Assembly (NCBI GenBank): GCA_049694315.1 | Contig: JBAVQU010000015.1 | Coordinates: forward strand, 53,712-117,711 | DNA from: Candidatus Zixiibacteriota bacterium | Lineage (GTDB): Bacteria; Zixibacteria; MSB-5A5; SM1-73 | Direction: 5' to 3' | Length of the DNA stretch: 64,000 nucleotides | Part shown: positions 29,372 through 39,228 of the stretch, one piece after another | How the letters are laid out: the number at the start of each line of letters is the position of its first letter | How positions within the stretch are numbered: the first letter of the stretch is position 1 | Translations under genes and position numbers: made by a program | Notes under the pieces: generated by a model | The model's database searches: none | What the model saw: only the letters and a program-made list of their open reading frames with translations | Told to the model about the DNA's origin: nothing

Positions 29372-30394
29372 CTAAGAACTGAAGTTCCGAGAGTCCGAAT
29401 GCAGAGATTCGGATGCCTCTTCTTTTTCTTCGTTGGGGGAAGCCATCTGAAGTTCGGTTTGGTGCGGAGTGGACTCTATTAAGCTCAGTTTGTCTTCAAA
29501 TTTCTGTAGCTTTCTGTCTGCGGAATCGTAACAGGTCACGGCATTCCGCAGATGGGTTCTGATCAGTTCAAAATCGCGGTTGAACTTACCGAAATCAATT
29601 CTTAGTCTATCCAGGGCGGAGATGATTTCCTGCGCATTTTTCTCTATTTCCAGCCCCTTCAACCCCAGAATGACGGTTTGCAGATAGGCATACAGCGTAT
29701 TCGGAGAGACCGGGATAACCTTTTTCTGCATGGCATGGCTGGCAATGCTTTTCTCGTCCTCCAAATCCTGATCTTTGATTATGGTCTCATAATATACATT
29801 TTCAGCCGGCACGTACATAAGCGCAAAAGGGAAGGTCCCTTCGTCAGGAAGGATGTATTTTCCGGCAATGGAGTCGATGTGTAGTTTGACGTCGGAGATG
29901 AACTTTCGCCGGCAGACCTTTCTTTCTTGTTCTGTGTGAACTTCCAGGAGCCTTCGGAAATTCTCCAAGGGAAACTTGGCATCCACTGGCACCAGCCTTT
30001 TCCCCAGATAGACAACCGCGTCCACCCTTTCCCCGCTTTTGAAGGTATAAGCCAGGCTGAAGTGCTTTGAAGGCAGAATCTGGCTTAAGAGATCGCCCAA
30101 GAGGAACTCGCCGATGCCTCCTCTGATTTTGGGAGCTTTCAATATCTCCTGAAGGCTGGAAATATCCTTGCCTACTTCGAATATTCTTTTGTTCGATTCC
30201 TCTAAGCGGGCCAAATTTACCTGCACGTCACTTACCGCTTTGCCGGTGGTTTCCAAGCGTTGAGAGATGGTCTGGTCCGAATTTTCCAGACTTCTGCGCA
30301 GTTGCTCACGCAAGCTGGACAATTGCTTTTGCATCAAGATGAGCAAAAGGATCAGGATAATGATTACACCACTACCGAAGACTAAATACTCCAT
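29372..30394 (-). CDS. rmuC: DNA recombination protein RmuC
   Basis: N-terminal TM helix, coiled coil, then IRGGIGEFLLGDLL...VDAKFPLENF, the RmuC pattern. Start set at MEYLVFG because the upstream part of the track ORF overlaps a repeat element. Confidence 0.7.
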   Translation of the reverse strand: MEYLVFGSGVIIILILLLILMQKQLSSLREQLRRSLENSDQTISQRLETTGKAVSDVQVNLARLEESNKRIFEVGKDISSLQEILKAPKIRGGIGEFLLGDLLSQILPSKHFSLAYTFKSGERVDAVVYLGKRLVPVDAKFPLENFRRLLEVHTEQERKVCRRKFISDVKLHIDSIAGKYILPDEGTFPFALMYVPAENVYYETIIKDQDLEDEKSIASHAMQKKVIPVSPNTLYAYLQTVILGLKGLEIEKNAQEIISALDRLRIDFGKFNRDFELIRTHLRNAVTCYDSADRKLQKFEDKLSLIESTPHQTELQMASPNEEKEEASESLHSDSRNFSS

Positions 30395-30412
30395 GAGAGT
30401 ATTTTCCGTTCT

Positions 30413-30475
30413 ACCTCTCCCTATGTTTCCCCCTCTCCACAAATGTGGAGACGGGGACTAAAAGGGGGAGAGGTT
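30413..30475. repeat. Intergenic nested-palindrome repeat, copy B
   Basis: CCTCTCCC...TTCCCCCTCTCCAC-aaat-GTGGAGACGGGGA...GGGGGAGAGG. Confidence 0.7.
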
Positions 30476-30522
30476 CTCTTTTTGTCTGTCAAGCAGGCTT
30501 CGCCATGCTTGACCTACGGCTT

Positions 30523-31485
30523 CTATGGATAGTTTTTCCCGTTGATCTTGGCACTTTTGAGAAGCCAGTGTCTATCTTCGCCGGGGCCTTCTGATTTGGC
30601 CAATCCTACATTCTTGGCATACCATTGATAGCTTGTCCCATTGTATTTTGCCATATTCCCTATCCATCCAGAAGCTACAGATTTAAACTTCAAACAGTCT
30701 TGGAAGGTTCCTGCAGGAGTGGTCAAATTTTCCACTGCTTCAAAAACTGAGAGCCAGCCATAAACACCCGAAGTGTCTATGTTGATTATAGTATCCCCCA
30801 CTTGAGTAATCGCATTGGCAATGGTAATAGGCATAAGTGTTGATAGAAGGTCGTTACTGCTCACTGGGTCAGTATGTCGATGCCAAAGAAGGCCGAGACT
30901 GTCATTGGAAAAACCATCCTCATCTCCCCATGTTCCTCCTGGATCACCGTCAGAGAAAATGCCTGTATACGAGCCCTCACGAATCATGACATGATTTTGT
31001 GGATACAGGATGCGACCATTCAGAGTAAGGGTAGTTGCCCTATTACAAATTCCGTTGCTATCAAGATCCAAGAAGAATTCACCTGGATCCCACTTCCCGT
31101 TGGGTGCATCGTATTGTCCATTAGAATTCCGATCTGTATAAGGTATCCCAGGTGTCCACGGATCATAAGGTCCATCGTATTCTCCGTTGAAGTTTAAGTC
31201 TTCATATGGCTCTCCAAAATCATACCGCCCGTTATGGTTTAGGTCAGTGAAAGGCTCACCCAAATTGACGTCCCCATCCGTAAATGGCTCTGCTATGGTA
31301 TCGCCAGCCACTTCCCAGGTCCATTCATCGCCTTCGTTCAATGGAAAGTAATCTCTCATAGGATATGCAGCTGGTTCAGTAGGTGTGGTACATTTTTTCT
31401 TGCCACAACTGCAAACCAGTATTAGTGGAATAATCATTCCAACCCAGACAGCCCCTCTCAAAAACCCGGTCCTCATTCTTATCAC
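30523..31485 (-). CDS. Secreted lipoprotein with repeated acidic Dx[DN]xNGxYD calcium-binding-like motifs
   Basis: Signal peptide and lipobox-like LVCSC. Repeats: DLNHNGRYDFGEPYEDLNFNGEYDGPYD...DRNSNGQYDAPNGKWD...DLDSNGICN. Confidence 0.4.
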   Translation of the reverse strand: MIRMRTGFLRGAVWVGMIIPLILVCSCGKKKCTTPTEPAAYPMRDYFPLNEGDEWTWEVAGDTIAEPFTDGDVNLGEPFTDLNHNGRYDFGEPYEDLNFNGEYDGPYDPWTPGIPYTDRNSNGQYDAPNGKWDPGEFFLDLDSNGICNRATTLTLNGRILYPQNHVMIREGSYTGIFSDGDPGGTWGDEDGFSNDSLGLLWHRHTDPVSSNDLLSTLMPITIANAITQVGDTIINIDTSGVYGWLSVFEAVENLTTPAGTFQDCLKFKSVASGWIGNMAKYNGTSYQWYAKNVGLAKSEGPGEDRHWLLKSAKINGKNYP

Positions 31486-31615
31486 CTTCCTTGCTTTCTG
31501 TTAATATACCTCACCAGGTGGAGGAAAAGGCGGGTGAAGCCTGCCAGCCATGGAACACCCGCCTTAAACAGAAAAGGTTTTTTCTTGACTCCTGCCCCTT
31601 GCTTTTCCAGTGTTG

Positions 31616-32386
31616 CTATTTGATCTCTTCAGCCTCCTTGGCCATCTTTTTTATAAACGGCATGAAGAGGTCTATGGGCACCGGGAAGATGATGGTGGAG
31701 TTCTTCTCCACTGCCACCTCCGCGAGGGTAGAGAGGAACCTCAACTGAATTCCCACCGGTGTTTTGCCGATCACTTCTGCGGCAGCCGCCAGCTTCTCCG
31801 ACGCCTGGTACTCTCCTTCCGCATGAATGACCTTGGCTCTTCTTTCTCTTTCCGCCTCTGCCTGGCGGGCGATGGCTCTCTGCATATTTTCTGGCAGATC
31901 TACGTTTTTCACCTCCACCACCGATACTTTGATTCCCCAAGGCTCGGTTTGTTGGTCAATGATGTGCTGAAGTTGCAGGTTGATCTTCTCCCGATTGGTC
32001 AAAAGATCATCCAGCTCCACCTGCCCCAGCACGCTTCTTAAAGTGGTTTGGGCAATCATAGAGGTGGCATACAGGAAATCCACCACCTCCACAATAGCTT
32101 TGTTCACATCTATCACCCGAAAATATACCACCGCATTGACCTTGACCGACACGTTATCGCGGGTGATAACGTCCTGGGGAGGCACATCCATAGTCACCAC
32201 TCTGAGACTGACCCGCACCATGCGGTCGACTATGGGAATCAAGAAGATCAAGCCAGGTCCTCTGGCACCCATCAACCTTCCCAGTCTGAATATTACGCCC
32301 CTTTCGTACTCTCTCAATATGCGGACCGCATTAGCTATGATAAAGAGTGCGATGATGATGATAGTTAACAATCCAGCACCAGCCAT
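31616..32386 (-). CDS. SPFH/band-7 (stomatin-like) protein
   Basis: [23 protein letters not shown]...[31 protein letters not shown]. Confidence 0.8.
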   Translation of the reverse strand: MAGAGLLTIIIIALFIIANAVRILREYERGVIFRLGRLMGARGPGLIFLIPIVDRMVRVSLRVVTMDVPPQDVITRDNVSVKVNAVVYFRVIDVNKAIVEVVDFLYATSMIAQTTLRSVLGQVELDDLLTNREKINLQLQHIIDQQTEPWGIKVSVVEVKNVDLPENMQRAIARQAEAERERRAKVIHAEGEYQASEKLAAAAEVIGKTPVGIQLRFLSTLAEVAVEKNSTIIFPVPIDLFMPFIKKMAKEAEEIK

Positions 32387-32420
32387 GACAACCTCCTTTG
32401 GTTGTTATTTGTTTATTGTC

Positions 32421-32600
32421 CGTGATTCATCATCCGTCATTGTGTCTTGCCTTTCGATTTTCCTTCTTCCATGTCCTTTCTTCCTTGTCATCTCATCCGT
32501 CATTCGTCATCGCCCATCTATCATTGCTTTTCCATCTTCCATCTTGTTTCTTCGTCGTGTCAACGTCCCCCTCACCCCGACCCTCTCCCCGGAGGGGTGT
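32421..32600. repeat. Composite repeat copy in reverse orientation, interrupted by the IS481-family element (left half)
   Basis: TCATCATCCGTCAT...TCATCCGTCATTCGTCATCG... then CCCCCTCACCCCGACCCTCTCCCCGGAGGGG. A near-identical arm (CCCCCTCACCCTGACCCTCTCCCCGGAGGGG) is the reverse complement of 42296-42326. The right half (CAAGGGGAGAGGG ... CCGTCATTTCTTATTTCTTCTTCGTCACC) resumes at 33887-33960. Confidence 0.6.
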
Positions 32601-32607
32601 ATAGACC

Positions 32608-33878
32608 GGAGACATGGGTAACGGGTGTTTGGGGACATGGGTAACACCATTATATTATACCCAAGGATCCTTTTTCTTTCAAGTTAATATGTGTAATCTT
32701 TTGTTTGCAGTAAAAGAGGTCCATAACTCCGTCCTCCTGTGGTCTGGGTCGGAGAGCCACGGGTTCTCCTCTAAAGGCTTTAGATATCTTATACTTGCCT
32801 CCCTTGAAAGAGATAAGTCCACCTGCCTGTACCTTACGCACTATATCATCTGGGGCATACTGTATCTCTTCAAGATTTTCTTTGAACGGACGCTGGCTGA
32901 CTTGATAAAGGCTGGCTGGTACCTCCATGTTCAGCGCTTCATGTGGCCTTTCACAGTTGTATACCATACGCCACTGGTCAAAACGACGCTGAGATTCTGC
33001 TCTCCTCCAGGGTATGCTTTCCCCCAAAAGCTCAGCTTTCAGTGTCTTATGGAAGCGCTCATCCTTGCCCAGAGTCTGAGGATGGTAGGGACGAGAATGA
33101 GAAATCAAGATGCCCACACGGATAAGCCATACGGTCAATGGGGTATAGATATGTTTTTCATCAGAACCCCAGGGGGAACCATTATCCATCAGCATCTGAT
33201 AAGGCAACCCATATTGTCGGAAAACCCCAATCAAGCACCCCTTCACCGTCTCTTTGGTTTCATCCTCACATGCTTTCAGAGCAATAACGTATCGGGAGTG
33301 ATCATCCAGCAGAGTAAGGGGATGACAGCGACCTTCGGGACAGGGAAGGTGTCCCTTAAAATCCATTTGCCAAAGCTCATTGGGAGCCGATCTTTGAAAT
33401 CGAACCAAGGGTTTGTGTTTCCCAGATTCCTCCGGAGTGATGCAATCCCCTCGCTTCAGGATGGCAGTGATGGTGCTGGGGAGGGGAACAGATTGGTAGC
33501 CCATATTCTCCAGACGACGTTTGATCTTGCGACCTCCCCAGGCGGGATGTTGTTGACGGACCATCAAAACTGCTTGCTCCATCTGCTGGGGCGTCTTGCT
33601 TGGGCTGTTGAGGGGTCGCCTAGATTGATCCAGCAGACCATCCTCACCATAATCAAGAAAACGTTTAATCCACTTATAACCCGTCTTGCGGCTGATGGCA
33701 AATCGGCGGCACAGACGACTAAAGTTACAGACATTACTTTTGGTTGCCAGAAAGACAAACTCTTTCTTAAGAGACATAACGCTTACCTCTTTCCAGGGTA
33801 TAATACCCTCCTTTCCAAGTTGGGTATTATACCTCAAAGTGTAACCTATGTCTCCGAACATGTGCTACCTATGTCCCC
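32608..33878 (-). mobile_element. IS481-family insertion sequence (~1.27 kb) with ~40-bp imperfect terminal inverted repeats
   Basis: Left end GGAGACATGGGTAACGGGTGTTTGGGGACATGGGTAACACC and right end (reverse complement) GGGGACATAGGTAGCACATGTTCGGAGACATAGGTTACACC. Inner TATAATACCC-type inverted repeats. A single DDE transposase ORF lies inside. Confidence 0.7.
32650..33861 (-). CDS. IS481-family transposase (rve integrase-core DDE)
   Basis: N-terminal HTH, then WQMDFKGHL...LLDDHSRY...MDNGSPW...HSRPYHPQTLGKDERFHKTLK, the integrase-core pattern of IS481-like transposases. Confidence 0.8.
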   Translation of the reverse strand: MFGDIGYTLRYNTQLGKEGIIPWKEVSVMSLKKEFVFLATKSNVCNFSRLCRRFAISRKTGYKWIKRFLDYGEDGLLDQSRRPLNSPSKTPQQMEQAVLMVRQQHPAWGGRKIKRRLENMGYQSVPLPSTITAILKRGDCITPEESGKHKPLVRFQRSAPNELWQMDFKGHLPCPEGRCHPLTLLDDHSRYVIALKACEDETKETVKGCLIGVFRQYGLPYQMLMDNGSPWGSDEKHIYTPLTVWLIRVGILISHSRPYHPQTLGKDERFHKTLKAELLGESIPWRRAESQRRFDQWRMVYNCERPHEALNMEVPASLYQVSQRPFKENLEEIQYAPDDIVRKVQAGGLISFKGGKYKISKAFRGEPVALRPRPQEDGVMDLFYCKQKITHINLKEKGSLGII

Positions 33879-33958
33879 AGTCTGTACAAGGGGAGAGGGA
33901 ATCTGTCGCTTCTCCCACTTTCTATTCTTCGTTCTTCCTTGTCCTTATCCGTCATTTC

Positions 33959-35239
33959 TTATTTCTTCTTCGTCACCTTCAAGGTCAGTTTTTCCACTCC
34001 GGTGACAATGACTTTTTCTCCCTTTTCAATGGGTTGATCTGCCTCCGCCTTCCAGATCTCACCGTGGATGAAAACATCCCCCTCCAGATTCAAGGGCGTG
34101 CGTGCCACTGCCACCTCGCCCACCAGGCCTTTGTCTCCGGTAGTGACTTTTCTCCTCTGCGCGCGGATAGCCATGGTCATGGCAAAGATGAAGAATGCAG
34201 CGGTAGCACCGACAACGGTGAGTATTACCACCAGGGAGGCCCGCATGTAGGGAACAGGAGATTCAAAAAGAAGCAAGGATCCTAAAACCATAGATATTAT
34301 TCCTCCAATGGTCAGTGCTCCGTGACTGACGATTTTTACTTCCAGAATGAACAAGATCAGCCCTAAGATCATCAAGAGCAAACCGGCATAGTTGATCGGC
34401 AGGCTCTGCAATGCAAAAAATGCCAAGATCAAGCAAATCCCTCCTACGATGCCGGGGAAAACCGCTCCCGGATTTGAGAGTTCAAAGAAAAGGCCCCACA
34501 TCCCCAGGGTGAGAAGGATGTAAGCGATGGTAGGATTGGTGATAACGTCCAAGATTCTGTCTCTGGCGCTTATCTGTGCTCTGTGGACCTCGATATTCTT
34601 GGTGTTCAGCGCCTTCTCGCCTGAAGGAAGGGCAACCTTCCTTCCGTCGCACGAATCCAAAAGCTCCCGGAGGCTAACGGATACGAAATCGATCACGTGA
34701 AGTCTCAAAGCTTCGGTCTCGGTGATGGACACGCTCTTTCTCACCGCCTCCTCCGCCCAAGCTTCATTTCTTCCTCTCTTGCTGGCGATGCTTTTGATGT
34801 ATGCCGCGGCATCATTGGCCACCTTTTCCGACATGGTGGAATCCAGCTGTCCCCCGATGGAAACCGGATGGGCCGCACCGATGTTGGTTCCCGGAGTCAT
34901 GGCGGCGATATGGGCGCTTAAGGTGACGAACACGCCGGCGGATGCCGCCCGTGATCCGCTGGGCGAGACATAGACGATCACCGGCACATCCGAGTTTAGA
35001 ATCTTCCTGGTTATTATCCGCATGGATTCATCCAGTCCACCCGGCGTATTCAGCTCGATAACCAAAGCTTCGGCGCTATCCTCTACCGAGGAATCAACGG
35101 CTTTGTCGATGATGCGAGCCGAGATTGGTCCGATCACTCCATCTATGGTGACTAAATTCACGTGGCGTTTAGAGGCGCAAAACGACCACGCCCCCAGAAA
35201 AAAGGCTAAGATCAAACAGATTAAGAAAGCTTTTTTCAT
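33959..35239 (-). CDS. NfeD-family membrane-bound serine protease
   Basis: Signal peptide, ClpP-like domain (VIVYVSPSGSRAASAGVFV), multiple TM helices and a C-terminal OB-fold-like domain. Normally co-operonic with stomatin. Confidence 0.75.
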   Translation of the reverse strand: MKKAFLICLILAFFLGAWSFCASKRHVNLVTIDGVIGPISARIIDKAVDSSVEDSAEALVIELNTPGGLDESMRIITRKILNSDVPVIVYVSPSGSRAASAGVFVTLSAHIAAMTPGTNIGAAHPVSIGGQLDSTMSEKVANDAAAYIKSIASKRGRNEAWAEEAVRKSVSITETEALRLHVIDFVSVSLRELLDSCDGRKVALPSGEKALNTKNIEVHRAQISARDRILDVITNPTIAYILLTLGMWGLFFELSNPGAVFPGIVGGICLILAFFALQSLPINYAGLLLMILGLILFILEVKIVSHGALTIGGIISMVLGSLLLFESPVPYMRASLVVILTVVGATAAFFIFAMTMAIRAQRRKVTTGDKGLVGEVAVARTPLNLEGDVFIHGEIWKAEADQPIEKGEKVIVTGVEKLTLKVTKKK

Positions 35240-35329
35240 GTTCCACCCGCTCTCAAAAGTGCTTCTCTTTTCTTTGCTACTAAGATACCTATCGGGCTTA
35301 ATAAAGCAACAAAAATGTGAAAAAAACCA

Positions 35330-35555
35330 TGAAGAATGGCGGATAAAGGATGACGAATGAAGAGGCGGGATGAATTGCCGCCCCCTTGGAGGTTGTGTAA
35401 CGGTCGCACGGACGTGCCCACCTCGGCATTTATGCGACCTACCTGTTCGATAAATCGAACCGTCACAAATAAGCTCGATGAATCGAGCAACTACGGATTC
35501 CCCCTCTCCATTTTATGGAGAGGGGGATCAAGGGGGTGAAGTCTACGGTTTTATC
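35330..35555. repeat. Composite repeat copy (GATGACGAATGA motif plus nested palindrome)
   Basis: GGATGACGAATGAAGAGG ... TTCCCCCTCTCCAT-ttt-ATGGAGAGGGGGA...GGGGGTGAAG. Confidence 0.6.
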
Positions 35556-36267
35556 CAAACAACGCCTTCATCTTCAACTTCGCAATAGCCAGCGTGGGGT
35601 CCAACGTCTTGGGGCATACTTTTTGACAGTTGAAGATGGTATGACATCGGAACACGCCAAAATCGGTGGCCACAAAGGCCAGTCTTTCCTTTTTCTTTCC
35701 GTCCCTTGAGTCGTCGATGAATCTCAATGCTTTCATCAGCGCGGCAGGCCCAAGATACTTGGGATCGGTGGCCTCGACCGGACAGGAACCGTAGCAGGCG
35801 GCGCAGAGAATGCAATCCACCCAGGGATCGATCTTTTTTCTTTCCTTCTCACTTTGGATGTATTCCTTCTTCGGAGGCTCCTGTTTAGGAATCAAGTACG
35901 GCATCACCCTCTTGTACTGGTCAAAGAATGGCTCCAAATCGACCACCAGATCTTTGATTATGGGCAGGTGGGCCAAGGGACGCAATACGATTTTGCCTCC
36001 GTACTTGTCGATCTGGGTTCGACAGGCCAAATTGTAAAGCCCGTTGATATGCACGGCGCAGGAGCCACACACTGCCGCCCGGCACATGGATCTGAAGGAT
36101 AAGGTGGGGTCGACGTTCTCAAAGATGTAAATCAATCCTTCCAGAACGGTCATTCCCTTGGGGCTATCAAAGGTGTAAGTCTGAAAATGAGGCTCTGCAT
36201 CCTTATCCGGATCGTATCGAAGTATTCTGAATTCAGTCATATCTATGTTCCCTTTCTTTAGATTCAT
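35551..36267 (-). CDS. sdhB: Succinate dehydrogenase/fumarate reductase iron-sulfur subunit
   Basis: 2Fe-2S motif (SMCRAAVCGSCAVHING) and 4Fe-4S/3Fe-4S motifs (CILCAACYGSCP, CHTIFNCQKVCP). True start may be the internal MTEF. Confidence 0.85.
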   Translation of the reverse strand: MNLKKGNIDMTEFRILRYDPDKDAEPHFQTYTFDSPKGMTVLEGLIYIFENVDPTLSFRSMCRAAVCGSCAVHINGLYNLACRTQIDKYGGKIVLRPLAHLPIIKDLVVDLEPFFDQYKRVMPYLIPKQEPPKKEYIQSEKERKKIDPWVDCILCAACYGSCPVEATDPKYLGPAALMKALRFIDDSRDGKKKERLAFVATDFGVFRCHTIFNCQKVCPKTLDPTLAIAKLKMKALFG

Positions 36268-36291
36268 CTCTCAGTGTCCGTCTCCGTCCGA

Positions 36292-37989
36292 CTAGTACTT
36301 CCTCTCCTCCGGTTGATACTTGGTGATGGAGGCCCCTTTGTAGGAGAGCTTTGGCCCCTCGGGAGAGTATGTAGCAACCGTATGCTTTAAGAAGTTGGCG
36401 TCGTCTCTGGTCGGAAAATCGTTGCGGAAGTGAGAGCCGCGGCTCTCCCTTCGAGCCAAAGCTCCAGCCACCACCACCTCGGCCACGTCTAAGTTACCCT
36501 TGATCTCCAAAAACCAAAGCTTATCAATGTTGAACTTCTTGCCGGGGGCTATGGGTCGAGACTTTTTGAACCTCTCCTTCAAGGTCTTGATCTGGGTCAA
36601 TCCTTCAGTTAACCGTTTTTCGTCGCGGAATATTCCGGCCTTGTCCGGCATGAGTTTTCTGAGCTCATTATTGATCTTGTGGGGATTCTCGTTGCCACTG
36701 GACTTGGCCATCTGATTGATGCCGTCGTCTTCTTTTCTTAGCGCTCGCTCCAACGCATTGGTTCTGGGCTGCTTGGGTTTGTCTTTGACGTATTCTGCGG
36801 CTTTGGCTCCGGCTCTTTTTCCGAAAACCAAAGTGTCTAAGAGCGAATTGCCACCCAGTCTGTTTGCCCCGTGCACGCTGACGCAGGCGCATTCTCCTGC
36901 TGCATAGAAGCCTTTAAGCATGGTCGCTCCGTCGATACCGGTGTCGATTCCTCCCATGCAGTAATGGGTGCCGGGTTGAATGGGGATAGGCTTTTCGATG
37001 GGATCTAAGCCAATGAAATCCAAGGTGATTTCTCTGATGCCGGGCAGCCGCTCCATGATCTTAGCTCTTCCCAGATGCGTTAAATCCAGATAAACGTACG
37101 ATTCCTCAAATCCACGCCCTTCAAGAATCTCCGTGGTTATGGCGCGGGCAACGATATCGCGTGGACCAAGCTCCATGGCTTTGGGAGCATACTTGGTCAT
37201 GAATCGCTCCCCATCTTTGTTGATCAGAGTCCCTCCCTCACCTCTACATCCTTCAGTCATCAGGATGTTGCTGGGATAAAGTGAAGTCGGATGGAACTGG
37301 ATGAATTCCATGTCTTTCAGAGGAACCCCGGCCCAATAGGGCATGGCTACTCCAAAGGCAGTGGAGGTGATACCGTTGGTGGAGTTGCCATAGATTCGGG
37401 CGGAGCCGCCCGTGGCAAACACCACCGCATTCGCCCCTATTGCCTGCAGCTCTCCGGAATGCATGTCCAAAGCGACCACTCCGCAGCAGGACTCACCATC
37501 CTTTGCCAGCCCGATCACCGTCCATTCATTGTAGACCTTCACGTTGTGTTTGACCGTCTGCTCATACAGGGTCTGCAGCATGTAATGGCCGGTTCTGTCG
37601 GAACCGTAACAGGTGCGAGGGTAGCCCGCTCCGCCGAACGGTCGCTGGGCGATCTTACCTTCCGGGGTGCGGCTAAAAGGACATCCCCAGTGTTCTATCT
37701 CGAAGATTATCTCGGGAGCCTGTTCGGTCATGAAAATGGAAGTCTCCTGATCGGCCAAAAAGTCGCTCCCTTTGATGGTATCAAATCCGTGTTTTTCGGG
37801 GGTGTCATCTGCCGCCTGGGGATTGTTGGCTAAGGCGGCGTTGACGCCACCCTGGGCCTGACCAGAGTGCGATCTGACGGGGTAAAGCCTGGAGACTATG
37901 GCGACGTCTGCCTTTTTCTCCGCGGCGGCGATGGCCGCCCTCAAACCCGCCAGGCCGCCTCCTATTATCAGTACATCATGAAATATCAT
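36292..37989 (-). CDS. sdhA: Succinate dehydrogenase/fumarate reductase flavoprotein subunit
   Basis: VLIIGGGLAGLRAAIAA...SHSGQAQGG...His-FAD region, 565 aa. Confidence 0.9.
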   Translation of the reverse strand: MIFHDVLIIGGGLAGLRAAIAAAEKKADVAIVSRLYPVRSHSGQAQGGVNAALANNPQAADDTPEKHGFDTIKGSDFLADQETSIFMTEQAPEIIFEIEHWGCPFSRTPEGKIAQRPFGGAGYPRTCYGSDRTGHYMLQTLYEQTVKHNVKVYNEWTVIGLAKDGESCCGVVALDMHSGELQAIGANAVVFATGGSARIYGNSTNGITSTAFGVAMPYWAGVPLKDMEFIQFHPTSLYPSNILMTEGCRGEGGTLINKDGERFMTKYAPKAMELGPRDIVARAITTEILEGRGFEESYVYLDLTHLGRAKIMERLPGIREITLDFIGLDPIEKPIPIQPGTHYCMGGIDTGIDGATMLKGFYAAGECACVSVHGANRLGGNSLLDTLVFGKRAGAKAAEYVKDKPKQPRTNALERALRKEDDGINQMAKSSGNENPHKINNELRKLMPDKAGIFRDEKRLTEGLTQIKTLKERFKKSRPIAPGKKFNIDKLWFLEIKGNLDVAEVVVAGALARRESRGSHFRNDFPTRDDANFLKHTVATYSPEGPKLSYKGASITKYQPEERKY

Positions 37990-38197
37990 GTTTTCTTCTC
38001 CTCTTTAGTAAGGCTGGAAGCTCGGTTGTGGGTTTCGATGCTCGCATCGAGTGTTGGGTTCCGAAGCTCGTGAATCGAGGTGAGAAAACGGACTTTCCAA
38101 CTTCGAATGACCGGCTTCGAGCATCGATGCGAGTTTCGACGCCGTTAAACGAGCTTCTAAAACCGATTTCCCTGTTGGGTTCATGTGGCGTCAAATC

Positions 38198-38599
38198 CTA
38201 ATGATGTGAAAACGCCCGCCCCAGGAAAACCACTAGAGTGATGGCCATTAGGATGACGAAAATGACCATAGCTATCCAGAAGATAGCCTTATGTGGCTTA
38301 GTCAAGAAAAAGAAGTCCGCGATGGTGATGCGCAGGCCATTCAAGAGATGAAAAGCTACCACCGCCGCCAGAGCAATCTCCAGAACGTGAGTAAGCGGGG
38401 TCTGAAGATGGGAAAGCCAGGCGTTGAAGGTCTGCGCTCCTCCGAGGGAGGAGCTTAAGACGAAGAGGTGCATAAAAAGATAAATCACCAAGATCACGCC
38501 GGTGATCCGATGCAAAAGCCAGGACCAGGTTCCCACATTCGGGTTTAGGCCGACCTCCTCTTGATACTTTCTGAAAAAACCTGACTTGGACTGATACAT
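38198..38599 (-). CDS. sdhD: Succinate dehydrogenase membrane anchor subunit (cytochrome b small subunit)
   Basis: 3 TM helices with conserved His. Start set at MYQSK immediately after the sdhC stop. Confidence 0.5.
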   Translation of the reverse strand: MYQSKSGFFRKYQEEVGLNPNVGTWSWLLHRITGVILVIYLFMHLFVLSSSLGGAQTFNAWLSHLQTPLTHVLEIALAAVVAFHLLNGLRITIADFFFLTKPHKAIFWIAMVIFVILMAITLVVFLGRAFSHH

Positions 38600-38601
38600 C
38601 T

Positions 38602-38958
38602 TTAGGCTCCTTTGGTAAACGTGATTATCAGATAGTATCCCCAGGCAGAGATGGCAATTCCCAGAATCCAGAGCAGGGCCTTGACCGCGCTCTGCATTCC
38701 CGGTCGGGGACGGTAGTCGTGGATAACTTGCCATGCTCCGTTGAAAGCATGGAACAGCCCCGCTGGCACGAAAATCAAGTAGAAGATCACCCATCCGGTG
38801 CTATCCATTCTTCGGGTCACCACACTAAAATCAATTCTCCACTCTTTAGTGAAGTGAAGCACCTGGAAGTGTAGGATTAGAAAAAAGGCCAAAAAGATGC
38901 CCGTGATCCTCTGCAGAAGCCAGCCGTATGCACTGCTTTTGCTGGTTTTCTCGTTCAT
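38602..38958 (-). CDS. sdhC: Succinate dehydrogenase cytochrome b subunit
   Basis: 118 aa, 3 TM helices, WLLQRITGIFLAFFLILH pattern. Confidence 0.6.
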   Translation of the reverse strand: MNEKTSKSSAYGWLLQRITGIFLAFFLILHFQVLHFTKEWRIDFSVVTRRMDSTGWVIFYLIFVPAGLFHAFNGAWQVIHDYRPRPGMQSAVKALLWILGIAISAWGYYLIITFTKGA

Positions 38959-39228
38959 GCCGGTCGCTCCTTGAAAGAGGTTTTAGGTTCTCTGGTTTGA
39001 GCTCTATAGCCGGAAAAGCAAGAAAGCTTTTGCGTTGGAGTCAGTTTTCGTTTGTGTCACAGAGCCGAAATTTAAGTACTTGTTCCACCGAAGTCAACAA
39101 CAAAATGCAAGATTCTGCGACGCTGACTGCTGAGCGGGAAACCGCCATCCCTCCTAAGACCGTGGCGATTCCAGCCTACAATGACTCATTCTGACTTTTA
39201 ATCATAAAGATCCAGCGAATTCTCTCCA

